NCBI GenBank assembly: GCA_009859145.1
Contig: VRVR01000010.1
Coordinates: 285,330 to 349,329 of the forward strand
Length of the DNA stretch: 64,000 nt
Source of the DNA: Andalucia godoyi And28
Taxonomy: Eukaryota > Protista > Jakobida
Direction of reading: 5' to 3'
Shown here: positions 22,091 to 31,900 of the stretch, piece by piece
Layout: each line of letters begins with the position of its first letter
How positions within the stretch are numbered: the stretch's first letter is position 1
Program-made: the position numbers and the translations under genes
Notes under the pieces: generated by a model
Told to the model about the DNA's origin: nothing
Databases searched by the model: none
What the model saw: the letters and a program-made list of their open reading frames with translations, nothing else

Positions 22091-22197
22091 GATGATTGTC
22101 CGTGGTTAGTGTGCAATGCAGGCGTCGAAGAGGGAAAAGCCTTTTTGTATGTTTTGTTTATGACAGATTCGCGATAAAACAGATGAATAGATCGCAC

Positions 22198-22605
22198 TCA
22201 GCTGGGTTTGTTTTGAGATCCTAGAGCACCCGGGACGACATCGATTCGACTTCGCTGGACTTGGAACCCCGGGTTGATCCACGCTCCACAAGAACACTGA
22301 GCGCCGGACCAGTGCCAATCTCCGATCTTGGAAGCACACTTTGGACACGCAAGCTTGCCTTCGAGCTGGGAAATCTCGGGAATGGAAGAAATCCACGGGA
22401 GCGACTCGACGGATTCGGGAGTGAGAAATAGCGACATGCATCGCGTCTCAATCCCAGATCGAAGCGTTTTGCGACCCTTGTAGTATCCAAATGCGGCGCT
22501 TGCAGCTCCTTCGGCGGGTTTGTCGTGAATCAGAATGTTATCATCAGAAAACAACACCGATCTGCACTTTCTGCATGCATACGAGTTTGAGTTTGTTGTC
22601 GACAT
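22198..22605 (-). CDS. Stand-alone Yvh1/DUSP12-type C-terminal zinc-binding domain protein
   Basis: YACRKCRSVLF, GKLACPKCASKIGDWHWSGAQCSCGAWINPGFQVQRSRID; no phosphatase domain in the ORF. Confidence 0.85.
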   Translation of the reverse strand: MSTTNSNSYACRKCRSVLFSDDNILIHDKPAEGAASAAFGYYKGRKTLRSGIETRCMSLFLTPESVESLPWISSIPEISQLEGKLACPKCASKIGDWHWSGAQCSCGAWINPGFQVQRSRIDVVPGALGSQNKPS

Positions 22606-22920
22606 TCCGCTCTTTGTTTGTCTTTATATATGCGTGTGTGTGTGTGTGTGTGTGTGTGCAAACAAGCACATTGTATGTTTTTTCCTTCCTGCTTTTTTCG
22701 CTGTTTTCTTTCCTCCTCCGTGCAGTTGCTGAAGATCCGGCGATGGTGACACAACGATTTTTTAATTACAAACGGTGATACTGATGACAAATTTTGCATT
22801 TGCAAACTTGCGTGTAAGGAGGAGAAAAAACACACACACACACACACGAAATTATCATGACATGCAGCGAGAATGGCGCACACGTATACATTGGGAGATA
22901 GAGAGAGAGAGAGAGCTCAT

Positions 22921-23904
22921 TCAGACATTCATTCTGAAGTGAACAAGGTGCTCCATGAGCTGTGCTCGGTCCCGAAATCTCGGCATTTCATGATACCCGT
23001 CCCCTTGCACATAGAGCAACATGGAGACGGCGATGTTGAGCGGTATCTGCATAACGAACTCCTCAAGCGACATCGCACCGTTGCTTTGCTTTTCCATGAG
23101 AACGAACTTGCATGTTCTCGCAGAGAGGATATATCCGTCTTCCCAAGACAGTCGGAGGACGTCTGCTAACGACTTCACAGCGTGGTGATTGAGATAGTCT
23201 TCCACAAGATTTGAGCAACTTGGCTCTCGGATCACGCATTGAGGATCCAACGCGGCCAAATACAAGAAGACTGCTTTCGCATGGGACTCTTGTATGAGAT
23301 CGCAGATCCGAGACTCGTGAGCTCCCGTGATTCTGATATCGTCAACAACAAGCACGGTTCTTCCGCGCACAAGCCTTTCGGCCTCTTCTGTTTCCCAGAA
23401 AAATACATTCTTCTTCATGATGCTTATACGTTGCGCGAGATCGAGCTTTCCGTAGTCCCCCTCCAGACAATTTTCTCTTGTGATGCCCACGACGGGCAAG
23501 CAGACACCGTATTTCTCAACAAGTGTTCGATGCACCATTTGCATCAGAGCATACGCAGCAGTGGGCGCCATCTTCTGAGCCGAAGAAGTCAGCACAAAAT
23601 GGGAAGGGTCTACGTACAAGTCGTGACCGTACAGCTGCATGAACCGTTCTGCGAGCCTTGAGCCATACAACTTTGTTATTCTTCCTGAGCCATACTTAAA
23701 CTGCGAGTACTCGCTTGCTTGGAATTCCGGTGAATCCGAGCAGACCTGCGACTCCCGGATCGTCAGTGCATAAAGAGCCATCTGTTCATACGCCGAATCA
23801 TCATTCTGAACCACGGAAAACCGAGACGGGGAATCACATCTCGCAGAATCCGCCTGTGGAACAAGCGAATAGGACACCAGAGTCTTTGTTCCAGAAGCCG
23901 CCAT
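22921..23904 (-). CDS. Phosphoribosyltransferase, PRTase_3/ComF-like (Ter stress-response associated type), 327 aa from MAASGTK
   Basis: YSQFKYGSG, SSAQKMAPTAA, GDYGKLDLAQR and PRPP-binding loop VLVVDDIRITGAHE, the pattern I recall for the bacterial PRTase_3 family. Confidence 0.75.
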   Translation of the reverse strand: MAASGTKTLVSYSLVPQADSARCDSPSRFSVVQNDDSAYEQMALYALTIRESQVCSDSPEFQASEYSQFKYGSGRITKLYGSRLAERFMQLYGHDLYVDPSHFVLTSSAQKMAPTAAYALMQMVHRTLVEKYGVCLPVVGITRENCLEGDYGKLDLAQRISIMKKNVFFWETEEAERLVRGRTVLVVDDIRITGAHESRICDLIQESHAKAVFLYLAALDPQCVIREPSCSNLVEDYLNHHAVKSLADVLRLSWEDGYILSARTCKFVLMEKQSNGAMSLEEFVMQIPLNIAVSMLLYVQGDGYHEMPRFRDRAQLMEHLVHFRMNV

Positions 23905-24039
23905 CGTGAATAGACAGTGCGCCACACGGGTTTTTTTTTTCTTTCTTTCTTTCTTCTTCTTCTTCTCTCCTGGGGAAAGCAAAACAAGCAGAAAAAGAAA
24001 AGGCAAAAGCAAGAAAAACCAGCCACAAAAACCCCCAAG

Positions 24040-24300
24040 GTGATGATGGGCTGGGGCGGTGCGGGGTCTCTGAAGCCTCGGTGTTCAGAAGGTGGGGACC
24101 CGCTTGCTGAGAAAGAAAGTGGGTGACCGAAGTCACGCAATCCGAAGGGAAAGTTGCCTGTTCAGGCTTAGCGCAGCTTTTCCAATACATCAACCCGGTC
24201 TTCGGCGATTTGTTTTTTTTGTAAGTGTTCGAACAGTACAAAACCCAACGGCAAGCTGCGACCTGCCTAGTGGTTGGATGGGTTGGCAGGATCTGCACGC
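24040..24300. ncRNA. Candidate structured ncRNA(s), family unknown; includes a possible box C/D snoRNA at 24040-24110
   Basis: Box C GTGATGA at 24040-24046 and box D CTGA at 24107-24110; 11-bp helix 24147-24157/24173-24183 with two G-U pairs; GTGAC-cgaa-GTCAC hairpin (cUUCGg on minus); CCTGCC/GGCAGG stem. Confidence 0.4.
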
Positions 24301-24345
24301 ACAACCTCAATGTACTGCGCCTACATTATGCACTGAACATGCACA

Positions 24346-24600
24346 TCTACGAATAGATATTTGAGAGGTCTCAAACTGCGGAAGCAGGATGATGTCGTAC
24401 TCCGCACAGAGCCACTTTCTCAGCGTGGCACGTTGTTCCTGAGAAGGGTGCATTTTGATTCTGACGGCCCTAGCAGCAGGCGCTTTCGTGTCCTCAGTTG
24501 CAGCGATTGATGCACCTGGAGATACGAGAGGAAGAGGCGGTAGGCGCAGTGACACGCGGTCTCTTAATAGGTCTGCGGGACCTCGGAGGCCCTGCATCGA
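24346..24600 (-). mobile_element. Degenerate Fanzor/TnpB 5' fragment with a large internal deletion
   Basis: RAVRIKMHPSQEQRATLRKW (TnpB N-terminal wedge/HTH-type start) fused in frame to LCAEYDIILLPQFETSQ (RuvC-II region). Confidence 0.8.
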
Positions 24601-25875
24601 GCGGCGTAGGCGTAGGCGAATGCGTCATCCCAGCGCACTCACGCCCATATTTGAATAAAAGAGTGAAACCAAAAAAAGTGAAACCAACGAATGATAGAAT
24701 AGATGGCTATGGATGCTGCGCTAAAGAGTGTCGAAAATGCGGAGCCTGTGTCACAGCTGAATTTTGGCCGAGCGTGCGTAAGCACGAATTCCCTGTGAAA
24801 CAAACGTGCTGGTTGTCGGCCAGTATTGACCGTGTCTGTTTATGTATACTTCCGTATGCATGACAATGACGTGCTATTATTCAACGGTCAGGTAAAATGG
24901 TCCCGACTTGCATCCGCATTCGAGATTCGAAATCCGAGATTGCATTTCCCCCTTCTGACTTTTGCTCGGCCCAATCGAAACGAATCGACGGTCCGTTACA
25001 ACTTGCACGCACCTTGAGCAGCGATGCTGCTGACAATACCGCGAGTGCATCTTCGGCTCCTGTTCTCTTCAGATCCAAAAAAAAAAAAAAAAGGAAAAAG
25101 ACACGTCATCGTCGATTGTGCTGTATATGCTTTCTCGCTGGTCTAAATTCCGAAAGCAGATCCGAGATGCTCGTTCATTGTTGATCAGCAGAGACTGGAC
25201 TTCCCCTGTTGACACCCGATGTTAATAAGCGTTTTACTATATACGACGACACGTATGCGCGCTTTTGTGCAAAAACATAAGGTTTCATTTTTTTTTTTTG
25301 TGTTTGTGTTGTGTGGTCGGTTTTTACAACTGGCGAAGTGGATCCAACAACATCACAAATGACAAGTCCATCATCACATCATGGACGCGTGGTGGAGCGG
25401 CCGACGCATGTGGCCGTCTTCGATGTGTCCCATGGAGCATATATCTCCCAAGACATTTCCAAACTCATTTTTCCAGTCGTGCTGGCTCTGTGAGTGCGAC
25501 ATGGACCAGTCTTGCGTCTGTCTTGCAGTCTGAACCCTTTCCTGCGTGAAAGGAACGTCGGATCCTTGACGATCCATGTTGCCGAAATCCCGTTCGCGGT
25601 TCATTCTTTTTTGATTATCTGTGGAAGCTGCTGTTGTTTAGCGTTGTGGTTTAAAGTGAACACAAAAGCAGAAAAGAAAGAAGAAGAAAAAAAAGTTTCT
25701 TGTCGCGAGTATAAAAGAAAAGAAAGTGACAACACTGTTGAAGAAAGAAAACAAACTACTATACAAAAAGTACGGCAAGTTGCAGTTACCGCAGTTCAAC
25801 AAGCACAACACCAGTTCGCACAAAACCCCCCAATAAAAACAAACGTAGCACTCCGAAAGAAGAGAAATGCACAAA

Positions 25876-26748
25876 TTACCCGCGTGGGAGTTCCAGCAGC
25901 CGCTGTTTCGGATCTGCAGCAATTATGCGGTATGACTGCTCGGGAAGACGTGCGCCAGCCCGGACACAGTCGGTGATCCAGCGCGGATTCACGACCATCG
26001 GGCTTTGCACTGCGTTTCTCGGAGCGCTCGTCAAGGACTTTCGAGCTCTGTCTTCCTTGGAACTTGCCAAGTTGGTGGCAAATATATGTGTAGTCGAGCG
26101 TTTCAGAGGATACAAGACCACAGAGCCTCCGTGGACTTGAAAAATCTTCTGCAAATGATACAAACTCAGCTCCGTACTGATTGTTCCACCGTCGAAGTAT
26201 CCCACAATCCCTTCAAACAGCAGCTTCTGAGGTGCATGTTCATCTCCTCGCTCTGGCTCTTGTTTTTCTGGAACGGAGGAGTCCTCGAGACGAGAAGCAG
26301 TGCCATGCGGTCGAATGAGGTTTCCGTAAAGCTCGGTATCGGGTCTCTGGTTTTCGAGTTTTGCATGACGATGCTGGAAGTATCGCGTTCCACGTGCGCC
26401 CCTGGACTCTGCAGATGCAGAGGGTCCATGCTGAAAGGCTATCCCTCCCAGGAATGGATGCTGGATTTCAGCGATGGACGCAGACGAACTTGCTGCTGTT
26501 TTCGATCTCTTTGCGGACGGGAGGCCGCTTGCGCCAGAGCAGCTGCCGTTGCCTCGGGCCGATTTTTGTATCGTTTGACAATAGCGGTTTTGCGGCCCAA
26601 GCGCAGAGAACGTGCTTGCGGTCTTTTGCATGCGGTTTTGTTCCGTGGACACGACCTGCGTCAGCACTGTGAATTCTTCATTGGCATCGGCGGCGTTGTC
26701 GTCGTCGTTGTTATTGTTGTTGTCTCTGGGGGAGTGTCTGCCGCTCAT
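25876..26748 (-). CDS. Stand-alone BRCT-domain protein resembling the REV1 N-terminal BRCT
   Basis: RYFQHRHAKLENQ, LFEGIVGYFDG, HGGSV, TTHIFATNL, VVNPRWITDCVRAG; no polymerase domain. Confidence 0.8.
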   Translation of the reverse strand: MSGRHSPRDNNNNNDDDNAADANEEFTVLTQVVSTEQNRMQKTASTFSALGPQNRYCQTIQKSARGNGSCSGASGLPSAKRSKTAASSSASIAEIQHPFLGGIAFQHGPSASAESRGARGTRYFQHRHAKLENQRPDTELYGNLIRPHGTASRLEDSSVPEKQEPERGDEHAPQKLLFEGIVGYFDGGTISTELSLYHLQKIFQVHGGSVVLYPLKRSTTHIFATNLASSKEDRARKSLTSAPRNAVQSPMVVNPRWITDCVRAGARLPEQSYRIIAADPKQRLLELPRG

Positions 26749-27093
26749 TCAGCGTGTTCAGTGCGGAGATCCCTTTCGCGGAGGACGGGAGGAGGAAAGG
26801 GGACGCAAGGTCTGGTGCCGAGTCGCGCAGAAACAAAACCAAAACATATTAAAGCAGAATCAAGCAAGAACAAACCAGAAATTTGTCATTGCCGCCGAAC
26901 GCTGATCTGGCGGGAGCAAGAAGGAGCACATCAAAATTCAGAGATGGGGAATGACAGGTCCTAAAAGCATTCTGTCCAGTGTCACTGTCCTCTGCACTGA
27001 CGTCTTTTCTTTTCTTGGCATTTGGGTCCTTGGTTGGTGATGCGAAAAAAGCGGCAGTTTTCTGAAGGTTAGCGGGCTGACAAGGCACTGCAA

Positions 27094-28742
27094 CAGTTGG
27101 CTAGCGGCCGCTAGCGGTGGCAGGTAATCATCAAACTACTGCACCTATTTGAAGTGATCGCACAAAGAAATCTTTATTATTGGTCACAAAGACGATTTCG
27201 AATTGAAGGGCATCAATTGGAGTCGTCGATTTCCGAGGAAACTTGCGAATGTGAGGAGCGAACAGCTATGTTTGCTGGTGCTCCATCCATTTCCTCGAGA
27301 GCCATATACGCTTTTTTGTGTCAGACAGAGCCGCATCCGGAATGCAGCTCTCGTAATTACCTCGGATTAGCAACATGTTGCTAAACGGTTCGTGGAAGTC
27401 GTCGTCGGCGCCTGTCAGAGATACATTGCCCAGAGACCGAAAAGACTCGACTTCCACTATCTTACTCTTTTTTGATATTCCAGCAAGTCTCTCGCTGCTT
27501 TGTTGCTGCGATTGAAAAATTCAATGAGCTTCTTTGCTCTGTCGACGATCTGCTGCAAAATTGGGTTGTCAAATGCTCCCTGGACTGCCAGCTGCAGTGT
27601 GTGAATGAAGCAGCGAGAGTGTGGCAGTCCTGCGTTGACTATTGCATTCACCTGAACATCGGCATTGTCTGAAGTCACAGAAACAACTTGCTCCTTTGTA
27701 ATACCGTATTCTGACAAACACTGATCCAGCGAAGTGGTCAGAACATCAGTCGATTCCGATGAGGACATGCATTTAAGCAGCAGCGAAACCATTCGAAACT
27801 TTTTTCATCAATGAAGTGTCCGGTCGCGGCAACGTAATGATGCCCACTCTTTGAGGGCCATCCATCAGTCGTGAGTGCCACTCCGAAAGCTCCAAGAAAG
27901 CGCGATTGAGTGGCTCCCTTGACTTGGGTCGCAAGGTGCGGAGTCAATTTTTCTGTTAAAGTCTTTCGATCTGGAAATTTGAATTTGGGCTCCAGTTTCC
28001 TTACAAAATTCTGAAATCCCACGTCCTTGACGGGAGAAAGTGGTTGCAGATCACGACAAACCAGAAATGTTAGGGCTTCGTTCAGTTCTCTTTGCCGAGC
28101 TGGAGGGAGTGGTTTCCAGATAGTATCGAGGCTTAAAGAACTTTCTGATTTCTGGTTCCCATCAAGAAAGTCGGAAACATGGCAATTTTCCAAATGATCT
28201 TGCAACTTTTCTGTGCTCGGCTTTGAGAACGAATACTTTCTTGGAGCTTCTTGTAAGCGGAATACACACAAAGCACAATGCACGTCGTCCATTTCTTTTC
28301 CACGAAAGACCAATTCCTCATCGCTTGACGGAGTTACACCAAAAATCTCCACACAAACGACGCGCGGCCTGCAGTATCAACTGGGATCAACGGATACTTT
28401 GGATGATAACGCACGACTGGCAAGTCCCAGCTAAACGCCTCCGCTCGTCGCTGTTCAGGGGAGCGAGATTTACACAACTTACTCGCTTCAGCCTTGAGTT
28501 CACAAATGGTTGGCTTTGACATTGTACCGTAGTGTCAGCAAGATTGCATGTGAAAAAGTTAAAACGATGTCCAAAAGAAAGTATAAACGGAGTGAAGAAA
28601 GTCAAAATTTGACCGCAGTTGGCGCCAGCGAAGAGCGGGAAAACTACAGTCAGTGAGATTGTTTTTCGCCAGCGGTGACGAATTCCGCAGCCGTCTTCAA
28701 TGGCAGGTTTCCGCTGTCGTACCCCCGCTAGCCGCAACACTA
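27094..28742 (-). mobile_element. Decayed, internally deleted hAT-superfamily DNA transposon
   Basis: Frameshifted BED finger (SFVW...CALC...HLENCH), LTTDGW, VTSDNA, RCFIHTLQLAV, then directly RVFSVSGQCISDRRRRL. Imperfect TIRs share GGCTAGCGG. Flanks GCACTGCAA (27085-27093) and GCATGCAA (28743-28750) resemble an 8-bp TSD. Confidence 0.85.
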
Positions 28743-28984
28743 GCATGCAATGTTGCACACAACCCTCGTCGCAACACTATCCTTTGTTGCACGACGCCTT
28801 TGGCGACTTGACCTTTGTGGAAAACACTTTGGCTTGCACAGTTCGCCAAAGCCTCTCCCCCTTCTTTTCAATATTTTTTCTTCTCGATTTCCTCTCGTCG
28901 TTCTTTGTTCAGACAGTTTTCTTGATTTTCTTTACAAATTTTATTTTAAAAAAAATAATATTGTCGATTGGCTTATCTCGTGAA

Positions 28985-31900
28985 ATGCAGCGTCGAGAAT
29001 ACGATAGCCACCCAGACGACCACCGTCGTCCGCCACGTGACGACCGTGACTATGACCGTCCTCGAGGTCCACCCAGAGATGACCGCGATTATGATCGTCC
29101 ACGTGGTCCTCCGCGTGACGACCGCGACTATGACCGCCGCAATGAACGCGACTATGACCGTCCTCGAGGTCCACCCAGAGATGACCGCGATTATGATCGT
29201 CCACGTGGTCCTCCGCGTGACGACCGTGACTATGACCGCCGCAATGACCGCGACTATGACCGTCCTCGAGGTCCACCCAGAGATGACCGCGACTATGACC
29301 GTCCTCGAGGTCCACCCAGAGATGACCGCGATTATGATCGTCCTCGAGGTCCTCCACGAGATGACCGCGACTATGACCGCCGCACTGACCGTGATTATGA
29401 CCGTCCTCGAGGCCCACCCAGAGATGACCGCGACTATGACCGTCCTCGAGGCCCGCCAAGAGATGGTGACAGACGTGATTTCGGTGGCCGAGGCAGTGGG
29501 CGTGACTTCCAGCGCCAAGATCGCGGTGGATTCAACCGAGGCGGTCCTGCTTCCGCTGGCGGACTTGAGCGATTCACTCCGGATGAAACTTGCATGATTT
29601 CCCAGGGTCCCGTGGACGTGGTTACCAACTTCTTCAAGGTTGTCATCAAGAAAGGAAAGATCTTGCGATACGACATCATGTTCTTCATTCCTGCGGATCC
29701 CGAGCGTGACAGACCAAACGCTGTTCCAATCGAGACCCTGTCCAAGGGCAAGACCGCAGCGCTGTTTGAGAAGCTCCGACACCAGCATGCTGCTGTTCTT
29801 GGTTTCTGTGCTTTTGACGGTTCTCGTCAAATCTACACCACTCGTGAGCTTCCAGAGGTCTTGACGGTTGACATTACTGAACGAAGGAAGATCGACCTCC
29901 AGTTTACCAAGGTTTCCGAGCTCAGCTTCAACTCGGACACCATTCCGGGCGAGTTCGCTGGAGATCTTCATACCGCTTTGGAGCTTTTTGTTCGCAAACT
30001 TGTGGTGGATTCCGACGAATCCGGGAAATGGGAAACCAAGCGGTCCGCCATGTTGCGTATGGCGGATCGTCACCGCTTCGATGGGACCGACATCGTTCGT
30101 ATCCCGGCATTTGTTCACAGATTTTTATTCCGCGATGCGGGTGTGTTTTTCAATGTCGATTATCGATTCTTTTTCAGTTTCCAGGGAGCAACTTTGGCAG
30201 ACTGTTTGCTGTATTACGCAAAGTCTTTGGGGGCACGCGTCAATGTCTCTCCGCCTCTTGATTCCGAAGCTGCAAAGGCAGCATACGAGACCGGCTCAGT
30301 GGACCGCCAGCGGATTGACGCTCTCGCAGAGATCTTCCGCAACTCCCACGAAAACAAGCGTTTGATTGATGTGCTGATCAAGGGTTTTAAGAATTTTTTG
30401 ATCATGCCACGTCATTCGAGCGGAAAAGGAAAGGCTGCGGCGCCGGTCCGCATCCACGGGATCGCGCTTCGTGAGACTGCCAGGAGCAAGAAATTCGAAC
30501 TTCGCACTCGGGGCGCGGAAAATGAGCCTGGCCGAATCCTGTCTGTGGAGGAGTACTTCTCTGAAAAATACGACAGAAAGTTGCTCCATGCGGATGTTCT
30601 CCCTCTCGTCGCTTTCAAAATGGATTCGCAAGGAGGAAAGCGACGCAAGGGTGGCGAAAGCCGAAGCGGAAGGACGGATGGCGGCTACCAATACCTGCCC
30701 ATTGAAGTTTGTTTTGTTCTCGGCGGATCGTACGCGCGTCCTTTGGCTGGCGGAGATCGTGAGTTGATGACGCGTGCTTCCTCCGTTCCCGTCTCCGAAC
30801 GTCTCAAGAAGATTTTCCAGCACGTGAATCTCTTGCAAACATTTGATGTTGATGGTGGTGCTGTCCAATTGGATATTCAGAAGACACCCGTCCAAGTTCA
30901 GGGCCGAGTTCTTCCAGCTCCGACAGTGCTGTACAACACAACAGTGCAGCCGCGAAATGGAGAGTGGCGTTTGCAAGGCGTTCCTTTCTTCAAGCCTCTT
31001 CGAGATGATCTTGATCTGCTGATAATGATGCCCGATGACCTTGAGCGTGATCATCGCCGTCCAATTGATACGCTCAATGATGTTGCTCGAGAGCGACGCA
31101 TGTTGTTTAAGCGCACCATTGCAGAATTTTATTCGAAGAATGACACTCATGGCGAGTGTATTGTTGAGAAGTTGCGTGCGTTTGCTGCAAGAGGCCATTT
31201 GAATCCATCGAGTACAGTTGCGCTTATTGTTGTTCCCAAGCGCGACACGCAGCGATACAACTCTGTGAAGGCTCTTTGCGATGTTGAGCTTGGGCTTGCG
31301 ACACAGTTGATTACGGCAGAGCGTTTCCGAATGTGCAAAGCAGCCATTTTCGCCAACGTGCTGGCAGCAATCAACGTCAAGGCACCAGCCCTTCGCGCCG
31401 ATGGGATGGGCGAGAATCAGTATGTCGACGATGCGTTGATCACGAGCGATACTTGTTTTGTTGGAATAGACGTGTATCATTCGGCCGTTGGTCAAAGCAG
31501 ACGATCGGAAGCAGGATTTTCTGCATCGATTAATGCCCACTCTTCGCAGTACTACTCCACCCACCGATCGCAAACAGCTCGCACGGAGTTTGTGGCCTCG
31601 ATCAATGACATGATGTACGAGTTCCTTGAAGCGGCACATGGAAGACTTGGCGTGAAGCCATTCTCGCGGTTTGTCATTATTCGCGATGGTCTGTCGGACT
31701 CTCAGTTTGGAATGGGTCTTGATGAACTTCAAAAGATGCGTGAGACCGTGCAATCTTTCTACGACGCACTTCATGCAAAGGATGGAGGTGCTGGCGCCGC
31801 GAAGCCGTGCGAGTTCGTTCTCATGATTGCACAGAAGCGTAATCCCGCCCGCTTTGCAGTCTATGAGAACAACAAGTACAAGAACTGCCCTCCAGGAACT

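Noticed and set aside
24040-24300. Structured region as the Fanzor omegaRNA or a TPP riboswitch
   Set aside because: It does not follow the Fanzor C-terminus in either the present or the reconstructed arrangement. Only GCUGAGA matches TPP, and the downstream CCC...GAACCUGAU elements are absent.
25320-25550. WIQQHH...WPSSMCPMEHI as a Tc1/mariner DDE remnant
   Set aside because: The resemblance is too short and gapped, with no TIRs or TA duplication seen.
29016-29470. Regularly spaced repeats resembling a CRISPR array
   Set aside because: The units are contiguous in-frame coding repeats with synonymous variation and no unique spacers.
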